This document shows positions 7,935-16,470 of a stretch of 64,000 bases of DNA, in pieces; the first letter of the stretch is position 1; each line of letters begins with the position of its first letter. The stretch covers positions 1,364,078-1,428,077 of the forward strand of contig OZ242323.1 of NCBI GenBank assembly GCA_965208165.1, read 5' to 3'. The position numbers were made by a program, and so were the translations under genes. The DNA is from Vicinamibacterales bacterium. GTDB lineage: Bacteria > Acidobacteriota > Vicinamibacteria > Vicinamibacterales > UBA8438. The notes under the pieces were generated by a model. It did no database searches and was not told the DNA's origin. It saw only the letters and a program-made list of their open reading frames with translations.

Positions 7935-9734
7935 ATGCAGATGCAGTTTCGTGCTTCACGATGTGTTTCGGGGATCGCGCTCGCGGCCCTGACGCTGGCG
8001 TCGCCGCCCGGCAGCGCGTCGGCCCAGTCCGCGAACGAGTTCGTGCCGGTCACCGACGCGATGCTCCACGATCCGGCCCCCGAGGACTGGCTGACGTGGC
8101 GTCGCACCCTCGACGGGTGGGGCTACAGCCCGCTGGACCAGATCGACCGCGGCAGCGTGGGCCGGCTCCGCATGGTGTGGTCGCGCGGGCTCGCGACGGG
8201 GCGGCAGGAGGGCACGCCGCTCGCCTACCGGGGCGTCCTCTACATGCCGCAGTCGAGCGACGTCATCGAGGCGATCGACGCGGTGACCGGCGACCTGATC
8301 TGGCAGCACCGCCGCAACCTGCCCGACGACGTCTACGACTTCGTCGGCGGCAACGCCCGCAACAACCGCAACATCGCCATCTTCGACCGCTTCATCGTCA
8401 ACACCAGCGACGACGACTACTTCTTCGGGCTCGATGTCGAGACCGGGGAGATCGCGTGGGAGACGCAGATCTTCGACTACCAGGAGACGCCGGCCGGGCA
8501 CAGCTCGGGCCCCATCATCGCCGACGGCCGGGCCATCTCCGGCCGGAGCTGCCGTCCCCAGGGCGGTCCCGAGTCGTGCGTCATCGTGGCCCACGACGCG
8601 CGGACCGGCGAGGAGCTGTGGCGTCGGCGCACGGTGCCGGCCCCGGGCGAGCCGGGCGACGAGACGTGGGGCGACGTGCCCTACGAGGAGCGGGTGCACG
8701 TGGGCACGTGGATGCCGGCGAGCTACGACCCCGAGCTGCGGCTCATCTACCAGGGGACGTCGGTCACGTCGCCGGCCCCGAAGTTCATGCTGGGCGGGGT
8801 CGAGAACACGCACCTTTACCACAACTCGACGCTGGCCATCGACGTCGAGACCGGCGAGATCCGTTGGTACTACCAGCACCTGAACGACCACTGGGACCTC
8901 GACCACCCCTTCGAGCGTATCCTCGTCGACACCGCGGTGGCCCCCGACCCGTCCGAGGTGAGCTGGATCAACCCGCGCATCCAGCCCGGCGAGACGCGGC
9001 GGGTAGTGACCGGCATTCCCGGCAAGACCGGCGTCGTCTACACCCTCGACCGCGAGACCGGCGAGTTCCTGTGGGCCACCCCCACCGTCGCCCAGAACGT
9101 CATCAGCGGCATCGACGGGGCGACGGGCGCGGTGACCGAGAACGCGGAGGTGGTGTTCACCGCGGTAGGACAGCAGGTCTTCGCCTGCCCGACGTGGAAC
9201 GGCGGCAAGGACTGGGAGGCGGGCGCCTACAGCCCCCTCACCAACACCATGTACATGCCGCTGCGCAACACCTGCGCGCGCATGCTCGCGACGACCACTT
9301 TCCCCGACGACACCCCGGCCGCGCGCACGGAGAGCCGCTCGCGCACCTACGCCATCGCCTACCGCCACCAGCTCGCGCCGGGCAACGAGAACGCGGGCAC
9401 GGTGCGCGCGATCTCGGCCGAGACCGGCGAGACCCTGTGGCTCCACGAGCAGCGCGCGGCGACCATGTCGATGGTGGCGACGGGCGGGGGGCTGGTCTTC
9501 GGCGGCGACATCGCGGGGCGGTTCCGCGCCTTCGACCAGGAGACCGGCGAGGTGCTGTGGGAGATCAGCCTCGGCTCGCCGGTGAGCGGCTTCCCGATCA
9601 CCTATGCCGTCGACGGCCGGCAGTACCTCGCGGTGGGCACCGGAGCCGGGGGGACGGCGTCGCACTTCAGCGCCCTGACCCCGGAGATCCGGCCCGCCTC
9701 GGGCAATACCCTCTACGTGTTCGCTCTGCCTTGA
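7935..9734 (+). CDS. PQQ-dependent dehydrogenase, methanol/ethanol (quinoprotein ADH) family, secreted
   Basis: Signal peptide; DWLTWRRTLDGWGYSPLDQI; eight-bladed propeller W motifs throughout; AGGAG RBS before MQMQF. Confidence 0.9.
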   Translation: MQMQFRASRCVSGIALAALTLASPPGSASAQSANEFVPVTDAMLHDPAPEDWLTWRRTLDGWGYSPLDQIDRGSVGRLRMVWSRGLATGRQEGTPLAYRGVLYMPQSSDVIEAIDAVTGDLIWQHRRNLPDDVYDFVGGNARNNRNIAIFDRFIVNTSDDDYFFGLDVETGEIAWETQIFDYQETPAGHSSGPIIADGRAISGRSCRPQGGPESCVIVAHDARTGEELWRRRTVPAPGEPGDETWGDVPYEERVHVGTWMPASYDPELRLIYQGTSVTSPAPKFMLGGVENTHLYHNSTLAIDVETGEIRWYYQHLNDHWDLDHPFERILVDTAVAPDPSEVSWINPRIQPGETRRVVTGIPGKTGVVYTLDRETGEFLWATPTVAQNVISGIDGATGAVTENAEVVFTAVGQQVFACPTWNGGKDWEAGAYSPLTNTMYMPLRNTCARMLATTTFPDDTPAARTESRSRTYAIAYRHQLAPGNENAGTVRAISAETGETLWLHEQRAATMSMVATGGGLVFGGDIAGRFRAFDQETGEVLWEISLGSPVSGFPITYAVDGRQYLAVGTGAGGTASHFSALTPEIRPASGNTLYVFALP

Positions 9735-10088
9735 CACCCGCGGCTATTCCGGGGGGCGTCCGAAGCGGCGCGCCCGGCCCGTAGCCGGCGTGCCCGAGGG
9801 CGGCCGCGGGTCGGCATTCGCAAGGTCGACGACCCCGTCGTCACCCCGGGCGACCTCGTCATGGCAGCGCTCTTGCCCTACCTCGCTGCGACGAGCGTCG
9901 GAGCTTCGCCGTAGTCGACGCCGTCGACAGCTCAGGAAGCCGCCGGGACTGCGATGGCGGGATTCGGGAGCCTGGGTCCGGCCGGCAATTCCAGGAGCAG
10001 TGCGTGAACCCGCGTTTCCACGCGCGGGAGGACCTCGCGGGGCTTCGTCCCGGCGCCGCCGCGTGATAACTTTGGCGGGCAGGTCTGG

Positions 10089-10379
10089 ATGAGCAACGAC
10101 ACGAAGTGGATCGTCGGTACCGCCGTGGTGCTGACCGGATTGTTGTCGGCGCAGATCGCCGGCGTGAACGCCCGCGTCGACGACCTGCGAGCCGACCTGA
10201 CGGCGCAGCTGACGACGCAGATCGGCGCCGTGAACGCCCGAATCGACCGTATCGAGACGCGCCTGGACGGGCTCGACGAACGGCTGCGCAACGTCGGGAT
10301 CGCGCTCGGCAAGGTCGACCAGAGACTCCTCACCATCGAGCGCGTCGTCCTTCCGGCGCCCGAGCAGCAGGGCGGCTAA
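10089..10379 (+). CDS. small membrane-anchored coiled-coil protein (paralog family 1/3)
   Basis: N-terminal TM helix (IVGTAVVLTGLL) then a heptad-like coiled coil with NARVDDLRADL / NARIDRIETRLDGLDERL. Paralogs at 23898..24089 and 33188..33493. Confidence 0.5.
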   Translation: MSNDTKWIVGTAVVLTGLLSAQIAGVNARVDDLRADLTAQLTTQIGAVNARIDRIETRLDGLDERLRNVGIALGKVDQRLLTIERVVLPAPEQQGG

Positions 10380-10407
10380 CCGCGGCGAGGGTGGCGGCCG
10401 CGCCTGC

Positions 10408-11463
10408 TCATGCGGGTTCGGCGGCTACCTGGCGAGCCGCGGCAAGGGCGCGGTCGATGTCTGCGAGCGAGACGTCGAGGTGGGTGACGGCCCGGATCGC
10501 GCCGCCGGCCCCGCTCAGGCGGACGCCGGACGCGGCGAGGCGGTCGAGAAACTCCCGATTGCTCAAACCCAACCCGGTGGCGTCGAAGAACACCATGTTG
10601 GTGTCCGGCACCGAGGTGCGGACCTTGATGCCGTCGATCTCGGCCAGCCCGCGGGCGAGTCGGCGGGCGTTCTCGTGGTCCTCCACGAGACGGTCGACGT
10701 GGTGGTCAAGGGCGTACAGGCACCCCGCGGCGGCGATGCCCGCCTGCCGCATGGCGCCGCCGAAGAGCTGCTTGTAGCGGCGCGCGCGCGCGATGAACGC
10801 GGCCGTCCCCGCGAGCACGGCGCCGATGGGGGCGCCGAGCCCCTTGGTGAAGTCGATCCACAAGCTGTCCACCCGGGCCGCGACCGCGGCGGCGGGGACG
10901 CCGAGGGCCACGCAGGCGTTCAGCAGCCGCGCGCCGTCCATGTGCAGCGGCACGCGGCGCGCCCGCGCGCAGGCCGCGACGGCGTCGAGCGCCTCGAGCG
11001 GCCACACCGCGCCGCCGCCGAAGTTGTGAGTCTGCTCGACGCAGACGAGCCCCACGGGCTGGCCGTAGGGCTCGGGCACGGCGACGACCCGGTCCATCGC
11101 CGCCTCGAGCTCGGCCGCGGTGAAGATGCCGCGCTCGGTCCGGATTCCCTCCACGATGACCCCGGAGGCGAGGGCGGCCCCGCCCGACTCGGCGCGGATG
11201 ACGTGGGCCATCCAGTCGGCGACGAGGGCGTCGCCGGGCCGGGTGTGGGTCTTGACCGCCACGAGATTGCACATCGTGCCGGTGGGCAGCCACAGGGCCG
11301 CGTCCTTGCCGAGCAGCTCGGCCACGCGTGCCTGCAAACGGATGACGGTGGGGTCTTCTCCTTTCTGCTCGTCTCCGACCTCGGCCGCCGCGATGGCCGC
11401 GCGCATGCCGGGCGTGGGCCGGGTCTCGGTGTCGCTGAAGAGTGGAATGACGTGGTCGGACAT
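10408..11463 (-). CDS. ltaE: low-specificity L-threonine aldolase (PLP-dependent)
   Basis: MSDHVIPLFSDTETRPT...LPTGTMCNLVAVKTH...HMDGARLLNA matches threonine aldolase signature regions. Confidence 0.85.
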   Translation of the reverse strand: MSDHVIPLFSDTETRPTPGMRAAIAAAEVGDEQKGEDPTVIRLQARVAELLGKDAALWLPTGTMCNLVAVKTHTRPGDALVADWMAHVIRAESGGAALASGVIVEGIRTERGIFTAAELEAAMDRVVAVPEPYGQPVGLVCVEQTHNFGGGAVWPLEALDAVAACARARRVPLHMDGARLLNACVALGVPAAAVAARVDSLWIDFTKGLGAPIGAVLAGTAAFIARARRYKQLFGGAMRQAGIAAAGCLYALDHHVDRLVEDHENARRLARGLAEIDGIKVRTSVPDTNMVFFDATGLGLSNREFLDRLAASGVRLSGAGGAIRAVTHLDVSLADIDRALAAARQVAAEPA

Positions 11464-11653
11464 GGCGTGTCGCTTCGGGTTCCGTCCCCTGCGCGGAGGG
11501 ACGGCAGATTGGTCATGGTGCCTCGCGGCCAACGATGACAAACGGTCCTGGACATTCCGGCGGTTTCGCGGGGGACGGGGCGGGTGTGCGCTGATCCCCG
11601 GCCCCACCGCTCGCGTGGCGGAGCGATCGGTCGTCCGTGTGGTCCCGATTGGA

Positions 11654-11771
11654 GCTAGGAGTCTGCGCCGCAGGAAATTTTCGCCCCAACATGAAGTGGT
11701 TAATTCCAGTGCCAACCACAACATGCAGTAGCCGATCGGGCCCAAGACCGTTCCACGGCGCAGACTCCTAG
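11654..11771. repeat. 118-bp AT-rich element bounded by perfect 16-bp inverted repeats CTAGGAGTCTGCGCCG
   Basis: The IRs sit at 11654..11669 and 11756..11771; the interior is about 45% GC in a 70% GC genome. The element abuts the MITE-like copy A. Confidence 0.5.
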
Positions 11772-11879
11772 TGTCCCGCCACCGTGGTTCGAGGAACAAT
11801 CCTGTGCGGCACTACTTTAGTCTTGCAGGCAGTTACCGCGATCCAGAGCTTTCGCGAAACTTCACGGCCCCGACACTAG
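11768..11879 (+). mobile_element. MITE-like 112-bp element, copy A (TIR CTAGTGTC...GACACTAG)
   Basis: 8-bp perfect terminal inverted repeat. About 80% identical over its full length to 60489..60600, and in reverse to 60079..60185. Confidence 0.55.
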
Positions 11880-12460
11880 AAGATGGCGATCGGGTTCACC
11901 GGCGACCCCGTGCCGCCCGGCACCCGTAGCGGGGCCACCACCAGCAGGAACTCCCAGCGGTTGAGCCGGGCCGCGGTCTCGGCCGCCGCGTCGAGGTCGA
12001 TGTTGTCGAGCAGGTTCATCCCGCGCGCGACGATGGCGAAGCGGTGGATGGGGTTGACGCGCAGCCCCGGCACGCTGTCGGGCGCCTCGTGCACCGAGTC
12101 GGCCCCGAGCAGGGCGATGTCGCGCTCGGCCAGGAACGGGATGACCGAGGCGTCCCACCCCGACATCTCCCGCGTCGGCCCCACCGCCTCGCGGTAGGCC
12201 CAGCGGCCGGTGCGCAGCAGCAGCGCGTCGCCCGGCCCCAGCCGCACGCCGGCATACTCTTCCCACGCCTCGATGTCCTCGCGGTACAGCTTCGTGCCCG
12301 GCTCGAGGTACGGCACGCCCTTCAGCCGGGGCATGTCGACGAGCACCCCACGCGTCACCAGGCCGTCCCTCATCTGGGTGGTGTCCATCAGCGAGGGGTG
12401 CGGCTCTTTTTCATCGGCGATCGAGGGGTCCATGGGCTTCTGCGAGGAGCATGGCAAGAC

Positions 12461-14080
12461 CTACTTGATCCGTCGAAGGCGGGGTGAGGGTGGTGGGGGC
12501 GGCTCGGCGACGGGCGGTACTATCCCGTCGGCGTAGCGCTGGGCGTGGTTCCGTTCGTACTCGCGCGCTTCGTGGAAGGTCCAGTACGCATCGAAGTCGC
12601 CGCTGGCGCGCAGCGCCCGGAGCTTCAACACCGCCTCGGCCCCGACCAGGCGCCACCGGGCGCCGGTCAATTCCATCCGGTCGCGGACGAGGTGCCGGCA
12701 CGCCCCTTCGACAACGCCGGTGGCGATGGGATAGCCCGCCGCGAGGTAGCGGTCGTAGTGCAGATACGGTGCGTACTTCAGCAGGTAGTCCGCGCACGTA
12801 TCGACCGGCTTGCGGGTGTCGGGCGACAAGCCGGCGACGGTCGCCGCACGCCGCATCGACGACGCCACCTGGCGGGCCTTGCCCTCGAGAATGTCCCGCA
12901 CCCGCGTCCACGCCCAACACGCCAGCTCGGGGCTCCCCTCGCGATGGAATACGCGCGCCGCCTTCCAGACGTACTCGACCACGTGGATGATGTCCAGGAC
13001 CACCGTGACCTCCACCCCGAATTCTGCGGCGCCCGCTTCCACCAGGTCGAGCTGCGTCTCGGCCCCGTCGACGAGCACCACCCAGCGCTTGACGCGCTTC
13101 GGGTCGTGGCGCTCCGCTTCCAGCATCGCCTCGACGATCACCTCCCCGGGCTCCCGTTCGAGGCTCGCCCAGACCCGTTTCGCCACCGGGCGGGGCCGCA
13201 CCGCCGGGGGCGCGGCCTTCTTGCCCTTGCCCTTCTTGGTCTTGTCCCCCGGCTGTCGGGGCATCAAGCTCTGCAGGAACTCCTCCGCACTCCGCACGAA
13301 CGGCGCGACCGTGTAGACGGCGGCCACCGTCGCCATCCGCTTCGAGTGCTTCTTCTCCCCCGGCTTGAGGCGATTGAACGGGGAGAGCTGCTCCCGTTGC
13401 CGCCGACGCCGCTCGGCCTCCTTGCGCGTCGCCTCGCGCAGGTCCTCGCGATGCAGCACCACCCCCTTGCCGTCGAAGGTGAGCACGACAACCGACTCCT
13501 CCGGGGCCGGCTCGCCCGTCGCCGCACGGCGGGCTTCGTAGAACGCGTCGAAGTCCACGGCCGCGCGAGCCGCCAACTGCTCCGCCTGACGCTTCGGCAC
13601 CTCCGCGCCGGTACTCCGGGACAGATCGAACAACGCTTCGTCGAAAGACCGCGAGGCCGCCGCCTCCGCCACCCGCCGACGCACCTCCAGCGAGTAGCGC
13701 TCCACCGGCAGATTGAGCGACGCATCGAGCGGATGGAGACTATCGTGACCGGGGCGCGCATAGCCCACGCGACCGACATCCACCGTCCCGAAGACCGTCT
13801 CCACCGCGCGTTTGTGCACGCGCCGTTCCCGGCGCTCGACACCATCAGACCCCGCGACCGGACCCGCCGCCTCCCCAGGACTGCGTTGGTCGAGGTGACC
13901 TTGCAGCAGCTTCTGCATCAGCTCCTGGCCCCGCCGGTGCAGCTCCCGTTCGAGATCGCTCTCACTCATCTGCCGGGCCTCACGCGAAGAGAGGTAGGCT
14001 TTGGCCTCCGCAAAGGCCTCGTCCGCCGCCGCATACGGCGCCGGTGCGGATGCCGCGGCGGGGTGGGGAACAACTCGCAC
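12461..14080 (-). CDS. ISKra4-family transposase
   Basis: 539 aa; C-terminal GACRHLVRDRMELTGARWRLVGAEAVLKLRALRASGDFDAYWTFHEAREYERNH is characteristic of ISKra4-like transposases. Confidence 0.8.
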   Translation of the reverse strand: MRVVPHPAAASAPAPYAAADEAFAEAKAYLSSREARQMSESDLERELHRRGQELMQKLLQGHLDQRSPGEAAGPVAGSDGVERRERRVHKRAVETVFGTVDVGRVGYARPGHDSLHPLDASLNLPVERYSLEVRRRVAEAAASRSFDEALFDLSRSTGAEVPKRQAEQLAARAAVDFDAFYEARRAATGEPAPEESVVVLTFDGKGVVLHREDLREATRKEAERRRRQREQLSPFNRLKPGEKKHSKRMATVAAVYTVAPFVRSAEEFLQSLMPRQPGDKTKKGKGKKAAPPAVRPRPVAKRVWASLEREPGEVIVEAMLEAERHDPKRVKRWVVLVDGAETQLDLVEAGAAEFGVEVTVVLDIIHVVEYVWKAARVFHREGSPELACWAWTRVRDILEGKARQVASSMRRAATVAGLSPDTRKPVDTCADYLLKYAPYLHYDRYLAAGYPIATGVVEGACRHLVRDRMELTGARWRLVGAEAVLKLRALRASGDFDAYWTFHEAREYERNHAQRYADGIVPPVAEPPPPPSPRLRRIK

Positions 14081-14083
14081 GGC

Positions 14084-15001
14084 TCAACCCTCCCGAAGCC
14101 GCCGCTTCGCATCCCGGACCAAAGGATAGACCAGAACCGTCTTGGGCGCCTCGCCGACACGGCGGCCGTACCGGTCCATCCGCCCTCGACCGGCCGTGGC
14201 GCCCAACGCCACCCAGTTGGCGGCGCGATACGAACCGCCGTGGTGCCGGCTCGGGTCCACCAGCGTCTCCACGAGCCAGGGCTCGAGGCCGTAGCGGCGC
14301 GGCCAGTCGACCATCAAGTGCCCGAGCCCGCGCGACAGGACTGCGCTGGCCAGGTTCCTCACCCCGACCCACGGCAGCAGCAGGAAGCGGCTGTTGTTGA
14401 CCACGTGCTGGAGATTCCGCGCCCGAGTCGCGTCGTCCCAGCCGACCCAGCCATCCCGCGCCGCCATCCGCCACGCCGGGCTGGAGAACTGCAGGCAGCC
14501 GACCACCACCCGCTGAGGCCTCGCCGCGAACACCAGATAGCGCAGGTGGGCGCCGAAGGGGACCGTGTGCCCGAGGTAGTGGTAGCGGCCCACGAGCTCC
14601 CGGAACAGCAGGCGCTCGGCCGGCTCGCGTACCAGCTCGACATCCAGCGGCTCGACGTCGCGCACGCTGCCGACGAGCGGGCAACCCGGCTCTCCCGCCG
14701 CCGTCCGGGGCACGCGGGTGACCGAGCCGGGGGCGCGGCCCAGGCGCTTGTCCGGCAGCGCCACCGCACCCTCCGCGTCGAGCCGCTCCAGGAACTCGCG
14801 GCACTCGCGCGCCTTCAGCCTCCCGTTCGGGCGCCGCCACCGCAACAGCTCGCACACCGTGCGCGCCAGCTCCATCCGGCTCAAGCCCGGACAGTCCCGC
14901 ACGACCTCGCGGATCAGCGTCATCTCTCGCCCGCTGAAGGTGCGTCCCGAGAATCTCGTCGTCGCAGCCGCCATCGCAGGGGCTTTCCTTCCCCACGACA
15001 C
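14084..15001 (-). CDS. IS passenger protein (DUF4338-like)
   Basis: 305 aa; ends 4 nt before the transposase start; lies inside the IS inverted repeats; ...LVGRYHYLGHTVPFGAHLRYLVF...NLQHVVNNSRFLLLPWV. Family call from memory. Confidence 0.6.
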   Translation of the reverse strand: MSWGRKAPAMAAATTRFSGRTFSGREMTLIREVVRDCPGLSRMELARTVCELLRWRRPNGRLKARECREFLERLDAEGAVALPDKRLGRAPGSVTRVPRTAAGEPGCPLVGSVRDVEPLDVELVREPAERLLFRELVGRYHYLGHTVPFGAHLRYLVFAARPQRVVVGCLQFSSPAWRMAARDGWVGWDDATRARNLQHVVNNSRFLLLPWVGVRNLASAVLSRGLGHLMVDWPRRYGLEPWLVETLVDPSRHHGGSYRAANWVALGATAGRGRMDRYGRRVGEAPKTVLVYPLVRDAKRRLREG

Positions 15002-15748
15002 CGTACCAAAACGCCGCGCGAATGTCCAGAGGGAGCGCCGGACGGGAAGACCGGAGCGCGCCGGCGTCGTGATCAGGCCGGGCGAAGGCCCGAAAGCGGC
15101 GGGTGGAGACGCTGGCCGGAAGCTGTCCCCGGCCAGAGCGCACTAGCGAGCGCGGGCCCCGTGGGCATAACTCCTTATGAATGAGTGAGATAACATTCTA
15201 CGCAAAAGAGCCGCACCCATCAGCGAGCAGCCGTCCTCGGTGACCACGTCGCGGAAGTCGAGGCCGTTGTAGAGCCTGTCCTTGTAGAAGACGTGGCACA
15301 GCCCGTCGAGGTGGGAGTAGCTCACGCCGTGGAAATAGACCTCGACCCGGTCGCCCGAGTTCTGCCCCTCGGGATTGACGTTCATCTGCAGCACATAGGG
15401 CTCGGCCGCGTCGGGCGCTTCCTCGGTGAGGAAGTCGTGGGACAGCGACACGGTGGTGCCGGTCCGAACGAGGGCCGCCGCCTCGCGGCGCTTCTCGTCC
15501 GTCATCAGGTTGGCGGCGCCGATCTGGTCGTCGTCGCCCCACCGGCCCCAGTTCGACAGCTCGTCCATCCACCGGTCGAACTGCGCGATGCTGACCGGCT
15601 CGCGCTCGGGCGACTGGGCCGGTGCGTCGGCGGTCGACCCGACCAGGCCGAGTCCGGTGATGCCCGCCACGAGTATCGATGTTCTCCTCATGTTGCTCTC
15701 CCTGCGCCCGGTTCGGTGTTGGCCTGCTGGCGTCAGTGCGGTGAGATG

Positions 15749-16045
15749 TCACCAGCCGAGGAACTCCCAGCGCACGATGTGCGACGCCATGAAGACGAAG
15801 TCGCAGAAGACGTACATAACAGCCGTTCGCCGGAGGAGGAGCGGGTACCCGGACCGCAGGCAGACGGCCGAAGCGCACAGGAGCAGCCCCGCTGGCACGA
15901 CACCCTTGTGGAGGGTGTCGTCCGGGACCGGCCAGGTGGCCGCGACCACGAGAACGGCGAGCGGCGCCATTGCCCACGCCCGCCGCCGCAGAAACGCAAG
16001 GCCCTCCCGCAACCCCTCTCGCGCGTCGGGCTGCACCCACTTCAT
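15749..16045 (-). CDS. hypothetical small membrane protein
   Basis: 98-aa ORF with two hydrophobic segments in a locally lower-GC spacer; no homology recognised. Confidence 0.3.
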   Translation of the reverse strand: MKWVQPDAREGLREGLAFLRRRAWAMAPLAVLVVAATWPVPDDTLHKGVVPAGLLLCASAVCLRSGYPLLLRRTAVMYVFCDFVFMASHIVRWEFLGW

Positions 16046-16096
16046 CGCTCGACCTCCTCGGCCGATCCTGCGGTCGCCGGTCCCAAGGTGCGGTCC

Positions 16097-16470
16097 GGTT
16101 CACGCCAGTCCAAGCACCTCCTCCATCACCAGTCGCGGCCCGCGGTCGTGGTCCCGCACGACGTTGCGCGTCCGGTTTCACGCGAGTCCAAGCACGTCTT
16201 CCATGACCAGCCGCGGACCGCGGTCGTGGTCCCGTACGACGTTGCGCGTCCGGTCTCACGCGAGTCCAAGCACCTCCATGACCAGCCGCGGACCGCGGTC
16301 GTGGTCCCGTACGACGTTGCGCGTCCGGTTTCACGCGAGTCCAAGCACCTCCTCCATGACCAGCCGCGGACCGCGGTCGTGGTCCCGTACGACGTTGCGC
16401 GTCCGGTCTCACGCGAGTCCAAGCACCTCCTCCATGACCAGCCGCGGACCGCGGTCGTGGTCCCGCACGA
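16097..16470. repeat. tandem repeat: 75-bp unit x5 duplicating the 3' end plus stop codon of the carboxylesterase gene
   Basis: Unit GGT(Y)TCACGCGAGTCCAAGCACCTCCTCCATGACCAGCCGCGGACCGCGGTCGTGGTCCCGTACGACGTTGCGCGTCC; one copy is 72 bp. Each copy encodes ...RDHDRGPRLVMEEVLGLA* on the minus strand. The last copy is the genuine gene end. Confidence 0.85.

Larger units (their letters stand above)
12396..15218 (-). mobile_element. ISKra4-family insertion sequence (2823 bp) with passenger gene
   Basis: Terminal inverted repeats GGGTGCGGCTCTTTT (15 of 16 bp match) at both ends; 9-bp direct target duplication ATCAGCGAG at 12387..12395 and 15219..15227; two internal ORFs. Confidence 0.85.
11876..15691 (-). 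pseudogene. cyclase-family (kynurenine-formamidase-like) gene disrupted by an IS insertion
   Basis: N-terminal part 15219..15691 (signal peptide, FHGVSYSHLDGLCH motif) and C-terminal part 11876..12395 join exactly across the IS: ...DFRDVVTEDGCSLM|DTTQMRDGLVTRGVLVDM aligns gap-free with the intact paralog at 38007..39089. Confidence 0.85.

Noticed and set aside
11785-11800. tRNA-like T-arm (GGTTCGAGGAACAATCC) inside MITE copy A
   Set aside because: Not a canonical GTTCGAATC T-loop, no acceptor stem or anticodon-arm context, and it is part of a repeated element.
16126-16422. 98-aa ORF (and the 5815..6063 ORF) with internally repetitive protein sequence
   Set aside because: These are simply out-of-frame translations of the 75-bp and 21-bp tandem repeat arrays.
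16097-16470. Possible CRISPR array (regular repeats)
   Set aside because: Units are directly adjacent with no unique spacers. The same holds for the 21-bp, 17-bp, 69-bp, 95-bp and 102-bp arrays. No cas genes in the window.
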